Origin: the human T2T-CHM13v2.0 reference genome, Homo sapiens
Assembly (NCBI RefSeq): GCF_009914755.1
Contig: NC_060930.1
Length of the DNA stretch: 64,000 nucleotides
Reading direction: 5' to 3' (one strand)
The notes beneath the pieces were generated by a model. That model saw nothing but the letters and a program-made list of their open reading frames with translations, did not search any database and had not been told where the DNA came from. This document shows, piece by piece, positions 13,750-27,690 of the stretch (the stretch's first letter is position 1; the number at the start of each line of letters is the position of its first letter). The translations under genes were made by a program, and so were the position numbers.

Positions 13750-15475
13750 ATTAAATTCCAAAGCATATCCTGCTGGCTTTGCCTACATAATATGTCCAAA
13801 ATCTGACCACTGCTTGATCCTGCTGCAGACTACTAGCATTTCTCTCCTGGGTTTTGGCCATAGCCACCTAACAACTGTCTTGCGCTTCTGACCTTTCCTT
13901 GCCATAGGCAGAGTTGATACTTTTAATCTGAGTCATATCATGTTCCTTCTAGTTTCAAAAAGCCTCAGTGATTTCCCATTGAGAGAGAAGTCAAATTCCT
14001 TACCATGGCCTACAAGAATTTACCTGATTTCATCGCTTTCCACCTCCTACCACCCATCCACCCTTTAGAAAATGTTCTTTCTCCAGCAAGCCCCTTCATT
14101 CACTCTGTTATTCTATCAGGGGAACCTGCCCCCAACATTTCAACATAGATTCTTTCTATTTTCCATAAGTGTTGGCTGGCTGAGAAATAAAGAGAAAGAG
14201 TACAAAGAGAGGACTTTTACAGCTGGGCCACCGGGGGTGACATCACATATCAGTAGGACTGTGATGCCCACCTGAGCCTCAAATCAGCAAGTTTTTTATT
14301 TATTAAGGGCTTCAAAAGGGGAGGGGGTGTAAAACAGGGAGTAGATACAAAGATCACATGCTTCAAAAGGCAAAAAGCAGAACTACTAATAAGGGTCTAA
14401 CAAAGAGCACATGCTTCTGAGGGAACAGGACAAAGGGAAAAAGCAGAACCACTGACAAGGGTCCAACAAAGATCACAAGGCAAAGGGCAAAAGCAGAACT
14501 ACTGATAAGGGTCTATGTTCAGCAGTGCACCTGTTGTCTTGATAAGCATCTTAAACAACAGAAAACGGGGTTCAAGAGCAGAGAACCGGTCTGACCACAA
14601 ATTTACCAGGGCGGAGTTTTTCCCCACCCTGATAAGCCTGAGGGTACTGCAGGAGACCAGGGCGTATCTCAGTCCTTATCTCAACTGCATAAGACAGACA
14701 TTCCCAGAGTGGCTGTTTTAGACCTTCCCCCAGGAATGCATTCCTTTCCCAGGGTATTAATATTAATATTCCTTAAAAGAATTTAGCGATATCTCTCCTA
14801 CTTGCATGTCCATTTATAGGCTCTCTGCAAGAAGAAAAATGTGGCTCTTTTTGCCCGACCCCGCAGGTGGTCAGACCTTATGGTTGTCTTCCCTTGTTCC
14901 CTAAAAATCACTGTTATTCTGTTCCTTTTCAGGTGCCCTGATTTCATATTGTTCAAACACACATGTTTTACAATCAATTTATACAGTTAACATAATTATC
15001 AGAGTGGTCCTGAGGTGACATATATCCTCAGTTTACGAAGATAACAGGATTAAGAGATTAAAGTAAAGACAGGTGTAAGAAATTATAAAAGTATTATTTG
15101 GGAACTGATAAATGTCCATGAAATCTTCACAATTTATGTTCCTGTGCCACAGCTCCAGCTGGCCCCTCCATTCGGGTTCCCTGACTTCCTGCAACATCAT
15201 TCTGTTAGGCACTACTCAAATACCATTAAGGCCTTCCTTGACCAGCTTATGTGATACTGAATCCTATCAAGACTTCCTTTCACCTTTTCCTTCTTTCCTC
15301 TTCTCTGTAGTGATTAGCATGAGCTAAAATGTTACGTACTCTTGTTATTTACATTGTTGATCTTTCTTCCAAGTTCTGTGACAGCAGAAATTTTTGTCTT
15401 TTGGTTCAAAAATTCCCAGTACCTGCAACAATGACTGTGATAGGATTGGTGCTCAATAAATACTTGCTGAAAAGT
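13750..15475 (+). mobile_element. L2 (L2a-like) 3' portion, split by MER11
   Basis: tccttaccatggcctacaag before the LTR; ggtgctcaataaatacttgctgaa terminus after it. Confidence 0.7.
14114..15196 (-). mobile_element. MER11 (HERV-K11/HML-8) solo LTR, MER11C-like
   Basis: The reverse complement begins TGTTGCAGGAAGTCAGGGA and ends CCCCTGATA; 1083 bp; 6-bp TSD ttattc (14108-14113) / tcattc (15197-15202). Confidence 0.92.
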
Positions 15476-18156
15476 AATAAATATTAGCAAGAGAAAGTTT
15501 AACAATGCTATGAAAACTGTTGTAATATTAAAATGTTTTCAATTTGGTGCTTCTTCTTGGTGCTCATAAAAAAGTTTAAAAAGTAACTTTAGAACAGTAT
15601 TCTATGAATAAATACATTAGTTTATTCTAAATTGAAATATTTATTTAAAAGTTTTAAGTTTTGCTTTGACCTTGCATTTGACTTTTCTTAATGGTTGTCT
15701 ATGTTTCATAATGGCATATAGAAATTATTTATTTGAATTCTTATTAGAATAGGAACAATTTATCTACTTTGAAAGGCAAAGTGAAATTGACTGTACAGTA
15801 AACTTCAGTTATTCTTAATTTCTAAGACATGAGTTTTATGGATAATTACATTTTCTGAATAGATGGGAGTTACTATTTGTATAGCAGCTTTTAAAACTGG
15901 GTCTGTCCTGAATTTCGTAGCCATCACAGCCACTGTGCACTGCTTTAGATGAGGGTTCTTCTCTGTTCAAATACACCCTGTTACAAGATACTGTCTCCCA
16001 GTCTTCCCTCCCCCTCACTCTCTGCCCAAAGCAATCTCCTACCTTTTTGAAGTTCTTGGGAAGTGTTTTTTTTTGTTTTTTTTTTTTTAATTTTAACAAA
16101 ATTAGAAAATGATAGAGAAAATATCTTCATTTCTGTTCCCTCCATTTTTCTCTCCAGCTCTTTTTCCTGCTTTCCCTTTCTTTTCTCTTTTAAACATAGG
16201 TTATGTAGTAGAAGATGAAGACATACTCATAGAAATGAATAGTTGTTCTTTGGGTACATATTGGGCATCTCTAGTCTCAAGATATTTTAGGGGTAGTCTA
16301 TCATAGGAGCAGGATAAGGCCTTAGGGGAAAGGAGCTAGAAGTAATTCAGCTGTGGCATGAGGGAGTGACAGTAGCTGGGAGGGAGGGCTCAGTGTTCTT
16401 AGATTTAGCATTCTTTCCTCCCATCCTTTCACCCCAATTATTTCCATTCTTGCTATAGAAGACTTCACTGGGGGAACTGGATAATAGCAGGACAGGCACT
16501 AAGGCTGGCAGAGTTAGTGGGAATGGAGACGATCAGGGAGCAGAGGTCTTCAGCAAAAAAGGAAAGGGAAATTGTAGAGCTGGAATGGGGAAGGAGTCAA
16601 ACCTTAGTAATTGGATGAAGGACCAAGTTTGTTTACTCTTTGCATTTGCACCTGGGTGTTAATCACCAAGTATTTGTGAATGGTGCAGAAGATGTTCTGA
16701 AGACCCATAGATTAAATTGGAAATTTAATTCTGATTTGTTAGACTGAATAGCTTTAAACTGGTTTTATGGAGAAGTTGAAGAATTTGTCTATAGAGAATC
16801 TCTAATATTTAAGTATTGCCAGTTAAAATATACATTTTAAAAATTGGTTACTTGAACTTAAGTGAATAATTCCGTGACTGAATACTAGCTATTTTGTTTG
16901 AGGCTGTGTCTGTTTGAGGGGAGCAGAGGGGGACAGAAAGTGAGTTAATGAAATCAAGAACATTCTCAAACAGTTGAGGGGTTGGGATGGAAAGGGAGCT
17001 AGTAACTACCTATAACCACTAGAGGCCTCTCTTAGGCCAAGTTTCATGGTTAATACCACTAGGTTTCCACAGCGGGGCCTGGCTCTGCCATTGTAAATTA
17101 AACATATGTTATAATTCTGAATAAATAGTATGACAGTAGTTTTATTCTAGGGCATTATTATAATGTAACCTAAATGGTTTAGCTTATATATCAGAATAAC
17201 TGATGATCTCGTGAATTGAAAACAACAAATTAGAATTATTTTCTCTCTTCTTTTTCTCTAAACCTTTAGTTAAAAATGTAATCAAAGACTATTGCTAGGT
17301 AAAATTATATGTCTTCTTGACCGTACAAGGATATATGGGTTTAAAATTATTCTTGTTACATGTTGTGTTTAATTGTTGAGAGTAGTTTATATTTCTGAGG
17401 GTAGACTATAATAAAGTCATTTTAAGTCATATGTTAAAAATTATGTGTATTTCTTTCATGCTTATAATAAGCCTCTAATATAAAAAAAAACTAAGAAATG
17501 ATTCAAAGATCTGTTAGACTTAAATGCTTTTCCTTAGGCATAGGGAAAAATGGTCTCATTTTGTGTGAGTTTGGAATTATTTTGGATATGGTTTGACCTT
17601 GCAGAGAAAACAGGTAGGGCGGTGCCCTCCTCTCAGATGAGAATAGTTTGTTTCTCTGTTCCAAAACAGGATGGCTGACAATTTGAAAGTTGGTCCCTCC
17701 TGCCAAGTCATTCTTCCTGTAGGATTTTCTTTGTCATGATCACAACTAGTTAGTTGTTGTACTAATTGGAACAAGTTCTAGGCTGTTGGATGCTATATTG
17801 GGATGTGGCTACTACATTGATTGTCCTGCCTGACAGCCCTTGGCCACTTCCTTTAAGTCCCATGAGGGCAGGGAATTTTGTGTATTATGTTCATTGCTAT
17901 ATCTGCAAGAGTCCTGAAGAGTTTAGAATATAGTAGATGCTCAGTAAATATTTGTTGAACCATCTGAAAAATAACGTGGCATTTGGTTTTTCAGTGAAAG
18001 AAATTAAAGAACTGGTAAATCCTCTAGGAAGAAAATACACTGAGATTATCAGTCATGCCATGGGGTCTATTTTTATTATGATTTACATTTTAGGTACATT
18101 TTAAAGAAGATTAAAATAATAACTATGGGTTCTGACCTAATGTTATATATATATAC

Positions 18157-18446
18157 TTTTTGTTTTTTTGAGACGGAGTCTCGCCGTGCCACCAGTCTGG
18201 AGTGCAGTGGCACGATCTCCACACTGCAATCTCCGCCTCTGGGGTTCAAGCCATTCTCCTGCCTCAGCCTCCTGAGTAGCTGGAACTACAGGCGTGCACC
18301 ACCATGCCCGTCTAATTTTTTGTATTTTAGTACAGACAGGGTTTCACCATGTTGGCCAGGATGGTCTTGATCTCCTGACCTCGTGATCCGCCTACCTCGG
18401 CCTCCCAAAGTGCTGGGATTACAGACGTGAGCCACCGTGCCCGGCC
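18157..18446 (-). mobile_element. AluSc-like
   Basis: Antisense Alu with ggccaggatggtcttgatctcctgacctcgtgatcc. Confidence 0.9.
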
Positions 18447-18529
18447 AATGTATCTTACATAATAGGACTTAGTTCCTGGTAAATGGTAAATTAAAAAAGT
18501 TAAAACTACATATGTTATGCATGTTTCCT

Positions 18530-18680
18530 TTTGTATTCAAACAGTTCTTCTAATTAGACATCAGTGTCATTATTTTATAGGGAAGAAAACTGAGGTTTGG
18601 GGAAGGTGGAGCAGCTTACAGCCAGTGGGGGACAGCACTGGCTTCAACCCAGGTTGCTGGATAATAAAAATTGTCACTTG
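18530..18680 (-). mobile_element. MIR
   Basis: ttttatagggaagaaaactgagg core, antisense. Confidence 0.65.
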
Positions 18681-19371
18681 AGAGTTTTGCTGATCAAATG
18701 CTTCTAAATGTCAGCTTAGAACATATTTTATCATATGTCAGGAATTTTCTTTCACATTTGCCCACCTTTATAATATAAAGATATGTGTTTTACAGGTGGG
18801 CAAATGTGACCTGTATACACCTTGTAAATCACACTACCATATTTTCTTTCATTTAGCATTTTTTTTCCTTCCACATGGAACTGGAGAAAGCAAGATTAAA
18901 TTATATAATTATATTGTTCCATTTCACATCCCACCTGATGTGTTTTTGGTGTCCTCTTATACACTTAAATTATTTGAGTTTGACTCAAGTTTTCATTTTG
19001 TTTAAACTGTTTGCTTTCACTGTTACGAATAGCAGTGAAAAGAAAGAAATCCGTTACCTCATTTCATAATGAAAAAAGATTATAGGTACATTATGTTCTT
19101 AGTTTAACATTTTAGGTGTAATACAAGAAATCTAAATGTGTTGACTTTCTGTTCTTTCTTTGATGGCGTTTAACTCTCTCCCATTAAACTGGTGCTTTTT
19201 TTACGAAATTGTATTTATTCTGTAATCGTTAAGAATTTCTTATCTTTTCTATTATAACACCCTGGCTTTGCAGTGCTGAGCAGTGATAATTTAACTTAAA
19301 AATTTATTGAAACTGTGATGTACAAAGGTTTAACAAAAGGATATTACTTTTCTAGTTTATTCCAAAACTGG

Positions 19372-19673
<302 letters not shown>

Positions 19674-20139
19674 CAAAACTGGGGCTACTCTTACCAGCCA
19701 TGAATAGTCAATCTTTCCAAACACGTACTTTCTGTGCTTTCATTTTTTTCTTCTAGGAACTTGGTTTGTTTCTTTACGTGTTTATATTTTCTTTTATGTG
19801 TTTAATTAAGTTATATAGTTTCTTACATAACTATTTCACATCTCAAGTTTATCTTTTAATATTCTATATTTGGCATTGTGATCATATCATTACAGTTTTT
19901 TCTGTATTTCCCTTTCCTTTTTCTTTTTTGAATGTGGCAGAAGAGATTTAAAAATTCAAGCAATCCATTAACATAGCACTAAAACACACAGTACAATGGA
20001 GCTTATAATGCAAAGTATCATCTTCCTTCCCTGCCCCTACTCCCTAAACACAGCCACTTTTAACCATTTCTGTATTTTATTCTTCTGAAGGCCACTTCCA
20101 TATCTCTAGCAATACATTGCACAGATATTTCTGCTATAA

Positions 20140-20790
20140 TGGAGTATATACATTTCTGCAGAGTAAATTGGATTCTCCATGCATGCTCACTAAAAATAAC
20201 AGGGTTTATGGAAAGAAAAAGTGCGTGTAGCAAACCACTTAAAACAGCTTGGTAACTAGAGCGAAGAAGGGTTTTTAACCAGAGTCAGGAAGGATTGAGC
20301 CTGTTGATTTATGGAGTTCAGGGCAAATGCATCAAAGTTGGGGAGAAAGATGTAATAAACACTTCTAAATCAGAGCAGATGGGCCAGCCTGAGCCAAGAG
20401 ACATAGTGCATGGTACTATATTTCTCTGAGGCTTGAGTCAGCGCTGTGGCTCTGCTTTGCGTTTTGCTTTGTTCCTAAGTGGCATAAAACAATGTGCTGG
20501 GGCAGATTGTACATATGCCAACACGACTAGGTTGGTTGCCGCCACTTCTCACTGGAAACACATTTCATACTTGTGCCAGGAAAATGGACTTTTCCTTGCT
20601 CAGTCCATTCCCTCATGTGTTTCACTGCTGAGTTAGGTTTTGTCGGTGGAGCCTGGGTCACATCTTTATCTTGGCTATAATGGAGGCTGGAAAACATAGT
20701 TTTTTTATATTCTACCTTGGGAAAGTGGAATTCATAATTAGGAGAACTATCAAAATGTGGAGAATATGTTAAAAAGTTTTAGATTTTTCA
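20140..20790. mobile_element. Old MLT1-family LTR
   Basis: Similar in style to 1190-1685 (ttctaccttgggaaagtggaattcataattagg). Confidence 0.4.
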
Positions 20791-21609
20791 GGAATCAGAA
20801 GCCTACCACACGCACATGCACTCATGCACACACATGCATATAGGTGTATACACGCACACGTATGTGTGTGTTTCAATGTCTGTAACTTTTGATTTATAAA
20901 TTTTAACATAATTTATTCACCACTATGACACATAACAGTTTAGTGGGCTTGCATTCCCTGCTGTCTTCATCTCATATTTCCTCAGTTTTGAGTTATGATA
21001 TTACCTGTATTTTATTTTTTCTACTGATTACCTCTTTATTGTAATTTATTTTAATTTCTATATCTTACTCCATTAACTTTGCTTAGAATCTTTTGACCTC
21101 TCACTATGTAAGAAGATGATGTTAATGCCCTCTACTCCTATATCCACTGTTCTTTCCTCCCTTCCAATTCCCATTTTCTGTCAGCTGATTATTTTTACAT
21201 TGCCAAGACTGAGAACATTACATTGTTTTATAACCGAAATGAAATAATTAAACCCTTGATTTTAAAAGTTGAAAAGCAGTACACACTGTTAATATTATTA
21301 TGATAACAAATATTTTTCACCACTGTTGGGGGTAAGATTTTATTTTTCACTTGAGGTCCAGTGCTTGGTCTTTGGGACCCTAAAAGGAGATTCTCTTGGC
21401 ATCTAGATCAAATGGTTTGCCTTTTAAATTAGTGCATTAACTGTTCAATGTCTTGCCACATTCTGAATGTTTCATATTTGGGCTGTGGCATTCTTTTAGA
21501 TCCTTTTGGATTTTTTAGTTTTAATTACCTTTCATTTTCTCTTTGAAAAATCAAGACAAGCCTTTAAAATATCTTGAAGATCACTCATATTCTTTTTTGG
21601 AATTTACTC

Positions 21610-21912
21610 TTTTTTTTTTTTTCTTTTTTTGGAGACAGGGTCTTGCTCTTGTCACGCAGGCTGGAGTGCATGGTGTGATCTCAGCTCACTGCAACCTCTG
21701 CCTCCTGGGTTCAAGCTATTCTCCTGCCTCAGACTCCCAAGTAGCTGGGATTGCAGGCATGCACCACGATGCACCACTAATTTTGTATTTTTTAGTAGAG
21801 ACGGGATTTCACCATGTTGGTCAGTCTGGTCTCAAACTCCTGACTTCGGGTGATCCACACACCTCGGCCTCCCAAAGTGCTGGAATTACAGGCATAAGCC
21901 ACCGCACCCAGG
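21610..21912 (-). mobile_element. AluS
   Basis: Antisense dimer; TSD tactct. Confidence 0.93.
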
Positions 21913-23073
21913 GTACTCTTAGTTCTCTAATTTCCTTTTCCAGTCTTGACTACCCTTCTCTATACCTGCTGCACAACAATCACCAGGGATGTTTCTCCAC
22001 TTCACTCTTAAAGGCACCATTTCCTGGGTCCTGCGATTTGCTCTTCCATGGTTATCTTTCTCATTTTGTTGGAGTACATTCATAATTAACTTTTTAAAGC
22101 AAAGGGCATATTGGGTGCAGGAGGTTTTCTGACACTTGTGTTAGGTAAAATGTTTTTATTTGGACTCAACATTTGCTTGATATTTGGCTGCGTATAGTAT
22201 TCTAGGTTCACAGTAACTTTTACTTAGGACTTTGAAGATAATGCTTCATTATATACTAGTGTCACATTGGGGTAGAAAATTTTGATGCCACCCTGATTCT
22301 TATTCTTTTATACATGATCTCTCTGTGTGTTTGTTTTTCTGGAAGCTTTTGTGATTTTTTGATACATTTTATACTGAAATATTACAGGTGTGAATCTAAA
22401 TATGAGTCTGTTTGACTCATCTTGTTTTGCCTCTCATGACTTTCCTCTGGGAATGGCCTACATATTTAAGGATAATTATATTCTTTCTTTTTTTTGTATA
22501 TTTTCTTTTCAAAAAACTCTTAGCAGTTGTATGATAGACCTGCTAGGTTGATTCTGTTTCTCATTTCTTCTCTCCTAGTTTTTGTCCTGTTGTGTTTTTA
22601 CAGTGTTTTGCATATTTCCTTTATTGTATCATTTAATTTTTTTTGAATATTTCAATCTCATCAATCAAAATTTCCCCCTTGTACTCAGTTATTTTTGTAT
22701 CATGCTATTTGTTTTTTTTTTTTTTTTTGTCATGTATTTTCCTTCAGTTGTTACGGGTATATACATTTTTTTCAAGTTATGTTCTATAGATTATCTCTGT
22801 TTCTTTAGTAGTGTTTTTTTTTTTTTTTTTTGGTCATAGTTCTTTTCTTCATTTGTGATTGTTGATTATTCTGGATACCTGACTGGTGCAGCTTTCCTTT
22901 ATGTCTCTTTCTTCTCTAGGCTTTTCCACTATGGAAAAAGTTGCATAGATCTGTGCACATGGATGAGACATTGCTTTAGGGTAAATGAATGAGAAGTTCA
23001 TCCTTAGGCAGAAGGGGTTGCCACTAGGTTAGCAAATGGGATACTCTTGATTCTTGGACATCAGTGCTCATAG

Positions 23074-23440
<367 letters not shown>

Positions 23441-24353
23441 ATTTGCCTGATTATCTCTGGCATCATGCTTTTTATTTGGGTTTTATTTGGGGGAAGTGGA
23501 GCAATTGATACAACTGTGTTATTTAATTCTGTTGTTTTTATTCTCAATTCTTATACTCACCTCTCTACCTGCTCATGAGCTCATCTTCTCTCTGGGAGAT
23601 TAGCTGTTTCTTCCACTGTACCTCCATTTATCTCCGCATTGGCTTCCTCTACTCTTTGTTTATATTTTCATCACACACCCACAAAAGACTTGTTCAGTCT
23701 CTCTTGTCTAATAATCACTACCCCTTCCCGACTTTGTTGTTTTTGCTGTTACAGGTTTTTCCTTTTGTATTCATGTCCTGTCTTGAGAGAAAAGGGACAT
23801 GAAAGCGTATACTCAGTCTGTCATCTTGAACTGGAAAGTTTTCTCTATTGCATTTTCTTATTTTTTAATAGGCAGCATAATTTGTGTATCTTAGTCTGTG
23901 TACTGTCATTTCACCAAAATCTTATTTATTCTAATAGTTTCTTTATTGGTTTTCTGAGATTTTCTAGGTGGGTAATCATATTCTGTAAGTAAAACCTATT
24001 TTCATCTCTTCTTTTCTAATCTATATTCTTATTTTTTCTCATTTGTCTAGAACGACTGAATGATGATGAATGAAAAAAATGATAGCAGACATTAAATGTG
24101 ATATTTATAAGGCCCAATTTGAACTTATTGAATTATTAAGTAGAAAATTGAAAGTATCAACTTCATTGTATAGATTTCTGGCTTACTGAGAAATGTATCA
24201 GCAATTTTCTGCATAATTAGTGTTTTTGAGTAAAAGAATTTGGCACTTACAGCCAAATACCGAGTATCTTATATGTTTCTTTTTCCAATAGCCACAATTC
24301 AGAATTGGGCTTCCTAAAACAGTGTATCCTTCCAATGGCGTTTCCTAATTTTA

Positions 24354-24660
24354 TTATTATTTTTTAAAACGTTTTATTTTATTTTAGATTCAGGGGGTAC
24401 ACATGCGTGTTTGTTACCTGGGTACATTGTGTACTGTTAGGGATTGGGCTTCTAGTGTATGTACCCATTACCCAAATACTGAACATTGTACCCAGTGGGT
24501 AATTTTTCAACCCTTTCCCCACTCTCAGGCTCCCTCCTTTCGGAGTCCCCAGTGTCTATTATTTCCATCTTTGTGTCTGTGTGTACCTATTGTTTAGCTC
24601 CTACTTATAAGTCAGAACATCCAGTATTTGATTTTCTGTTACTGAGTTAGTTCACTTAAA
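24354..24660 (-). mobile_element. 5'-truncated L1PB
   Basis: ttagattcagggggtacacatg...agctcctacttataagtcagaacat; TSD gtttcctaatttta (24340-24353) / gtttacctaatttta (24662-24676). Confidence 0.85.
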
Positions 24661-26795
24661 AGTTTACCTAATTTTATATGACAAAGCTGGCAAATCACTG
24701 TTGGGCAACATGATTAATGTTATTGCAATAAGTCAGTTAAAAACAAGTCATTTAATTGGCAGCTATGAATCTTCAACTCTAAAGCCAATAAAGATCCAGT
24801 GAAACAACGATTACTAGAAAGATACCTGCATTTGAAAAATATGCCCCTCCTGATTGACAGCTAAAGAAAGACTCATTGCAAAAACAGACTCATTGCTTTT
24901 TCCTCTGTCCCTTCTTTCCCTGGATGGATCTAAGATCTGATAAGTCTTTCAACACTGAGTTTACAGGTTTTTTTCTTCATGGAGCTGTTCCTGATCTTTT
25001 TTTCCCATTGTCTTTTAAGTCTGCCTTGGAGTTGTCTTCTTAGTGTTCCCGTGGCATTTTCCATCCATCTGTTTCAGAGTAGATATCCCTTAGTGTTGTA
25101 ATTTTTAATATCCTTATCTATTTCTCTCTAAGAGATTGGGTTTCTTGGAATCTCAGTTTTTTAGGATGTGGCTAAGAATCGTGAAGTAGGTAGAAGACTT
25201 CTAAGCAGCTTGAGGTGCTACCATAAACCCATGTATAAAAGCACATACATTTAGTCTATAAGAGTGGCTACTAGGCCCTTAATCATATCCCATCAACTGT
25301 TACTTTACATAGAATTCTAACAAACTTTTTACTTAGTTTCTTAGCCCACATTAGATTGGAAGCAACACATTAGAAGATGGGGAAAAGTTATGTTGATGAA
25401 GGTAGGGATGTTGGCAAGATCTAAAGATGATATATTGATAGCCTGAAAATAAGATAACTGATGGGAAAAGAAAAATCTGTTAAAAGTACAAAAGAATATA
25501 GTTTTAAAAATCACAGCCATTCATATTCATTTAATATAGAAACAAGGTAAACATCTACCTTGATAGCATAGTATTATAATTGATGTTCCAAATTATATCT
25601 ATCATTGTGAAGAGATTAATTTCTGTTCTATATGCTGTGTTTGAAATACAATATTATTGCTTAAGGTATGAGTGGGGTGAACTCTCAAATGTGTTGAATA
25701 ACTCAGCCCCCTACAGTGCTAGATAAATGAGTTCTTGTTGGTTTCTTTCTAAAAGCTGCAGGGTACTGGTGCTTTGCTTCTAATCATTAATTTTCCTTTG
25801 GTTACATTCACATTAATAATAATGTCATTAAGTCATCTTCTGTTAGGGCATTTTTCTATAAATTTCTAATTTCTTATGTCAGTTTTGGAAAATAATAAAA
25901 TGACCCCTTTCTCTTGGCTCTTACTATTTTTTCTTTAATTATTTTAATCATGGAACTACTTATGAATTTTTCTGGTAGAAGCCTTAGTATACCATTAATT
26001 CTGATACTATTTTGCATTAACTCTTTGTGATATTTTCTAGACATTGCTTTAGCTGGATTGGTGGGCAGGAAAAAAGGAGGCGATTAATCCTCCATTTCTG
26101 TAGATTGAGATTTTGAGGTGTGACAGATACGATATGTAGTAACAGTACTGCAAATCCCTGTGCTGGGGCTTGAAACTATTAATCTTGTTGTGAATCATAT
26201 GAGACATGTTTCGTATGTCTCTCCGTGTGGTTAAACTCTTCCAGGGGAGCTTGGGCTGGTGGTGCCAAAGGGTGGAGGGGGATTGACTAATCTGTTAAAT
26301 AGCCTTTTATCTGTGAGTCTAGTTTCTCATTAGTATTTCTGACCAGAAGAATAGATGGTTGGAAATGTGGACTTTTGTTTTTAATTAGTCCCTCTAGGGA
26401 TGAGAGGCTTATTTGGAAGAATGGAATTTTAAGGAAGCCTGACAACCTCAGTTTCCATGTGATTGAAAATGTTTGGCAGCTGAAAAATGTTTCACAATTA
26501 TGAGTTAGAGCCAGATTTTCCACTGGCTAAGCTGTTCTTTGGGAGTTAGATACAGGGTAACTCATATTTCCACTTTCAGGTCTCAGTGGCTCCGTTTAGG
26601 GTGCTGTTCATGGGACTCTAATGCTCCTTCCTTCCCAATGGCCCAGAAGGCTCCCATGAGGTTTATTCTTCTATCATGTATAATAAACTGATGAAATAAC
26701 CATATTTCATCTCATATTTATGCATTTTAATCAGGTTGGTTGATGTTTACCACAGACATATGTCTACAAGCATTTCATTATCTATAAAAGAGAGA

Positions 26796-27107
26796 TTTTT
26801 TTCTTTCCTTTTTTTTTTAAAACAAGGTCTCACTGTGTTGCACAGGCCGCAGTACAATGGCACAATCTCAGCTCACTGCAACCTCTGCCTCCCAGGCTCA
26901 AGTGATCCCCCGACTTCAGCCTTCTGAGTAGCTGGTACTATAGGTGCACACCACCACACCCAGCTAATTTTGTATTTTTCTTTTGTAGAGACGGGCTTTC
27001 GCCATGTTGCCTAGGCTGGTCTTGAACTCCTGAGCTCAAGCAATCTGCCCACCTCAGCCTCCCAAGTTAAGTGCTGGGATTACAGGAGTGAGCCACTGTG
27101 CCAGACC
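26796..27107 (-). mobile_element. AluJ
   Basis: J-type diagnostics (caggctcaagtgatcc, ctgagctcaagcaatc). Confidence 0.9.
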
Positions 27108-27199
27108 CCCAAAAAGATATTTTCTTCCTCTTTTATACTACCATAAAATTATAATGCTACTGTATTGCCACAGTTTTACAACTGAGTCAGTTTTGCCCA

Positions 27200-27690
27200 A
27201 GATCCTTTGATCTAGCCAAAGTTTTGAAGTAGCCAAAAGTGCACAGACTTTGGAAGCCACGCAGTTCATCTCCCTGTGCACTTCAAGGTGACACCCTGAC
27301 AGATGGTTGCTGAGCACCCACTGGATTTTTCCCATAAAGTGAGGCAACCAGTTCTTTTGTTGTGCGGTTCTAGTTGTTACAGTTTTCCATTGTTGAACTG
27401 AAATTTGCCTTTCTCTAACTTCCACCTATTGATTCTTATTCTTCCCTCTTGTATGTAACTTGCCTTTGAATATTCGAAGACAGCCTCCTCATAGTCCTCT
27501 TATATCTAGGTTAAGCATTCCATCCGTTCCTTTCAGGTGTTATTTAAATCTCCTGGTTTGCAGATGCACCACTATTCTGACTACCATTTTTTGGACATAG
27601 TCTTTATCTCTGATGGCCTTTAACTTAAAATGGCATTAAAATGGTCCTTTAGATATGGCTTGAGTAGCTGAATGCCTAGTAGAGCTGTTT
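27200..27690 (-). mobile_element. L3/CR1 fragment
   Basis: ttgaactgaaatttgcctttctctaacttccacctattg...gaatattcgaagacagc matches antisense L3. Confidence 0.7.

Noticed and set aside
14370-14520. Spaced direct repeats superficially like a CRISPR array
   Set aside because: Internal tandem units of the MER11 LTR in a primate genome.
18780-18802. Further AG|GT motifs (18795, 23967, 26734, 49908, 54122)
   Set aside because: Weak tract or weak donor; expected by chance in an AT-rich 58-kb intron.
21543-22085. 180-aa ORF, and similar ORFs at 2123-2476, 18125, 19388, 23098, 32461, 34107
   Set aside because: Translations of Alu sequence; no independent coding evidence.
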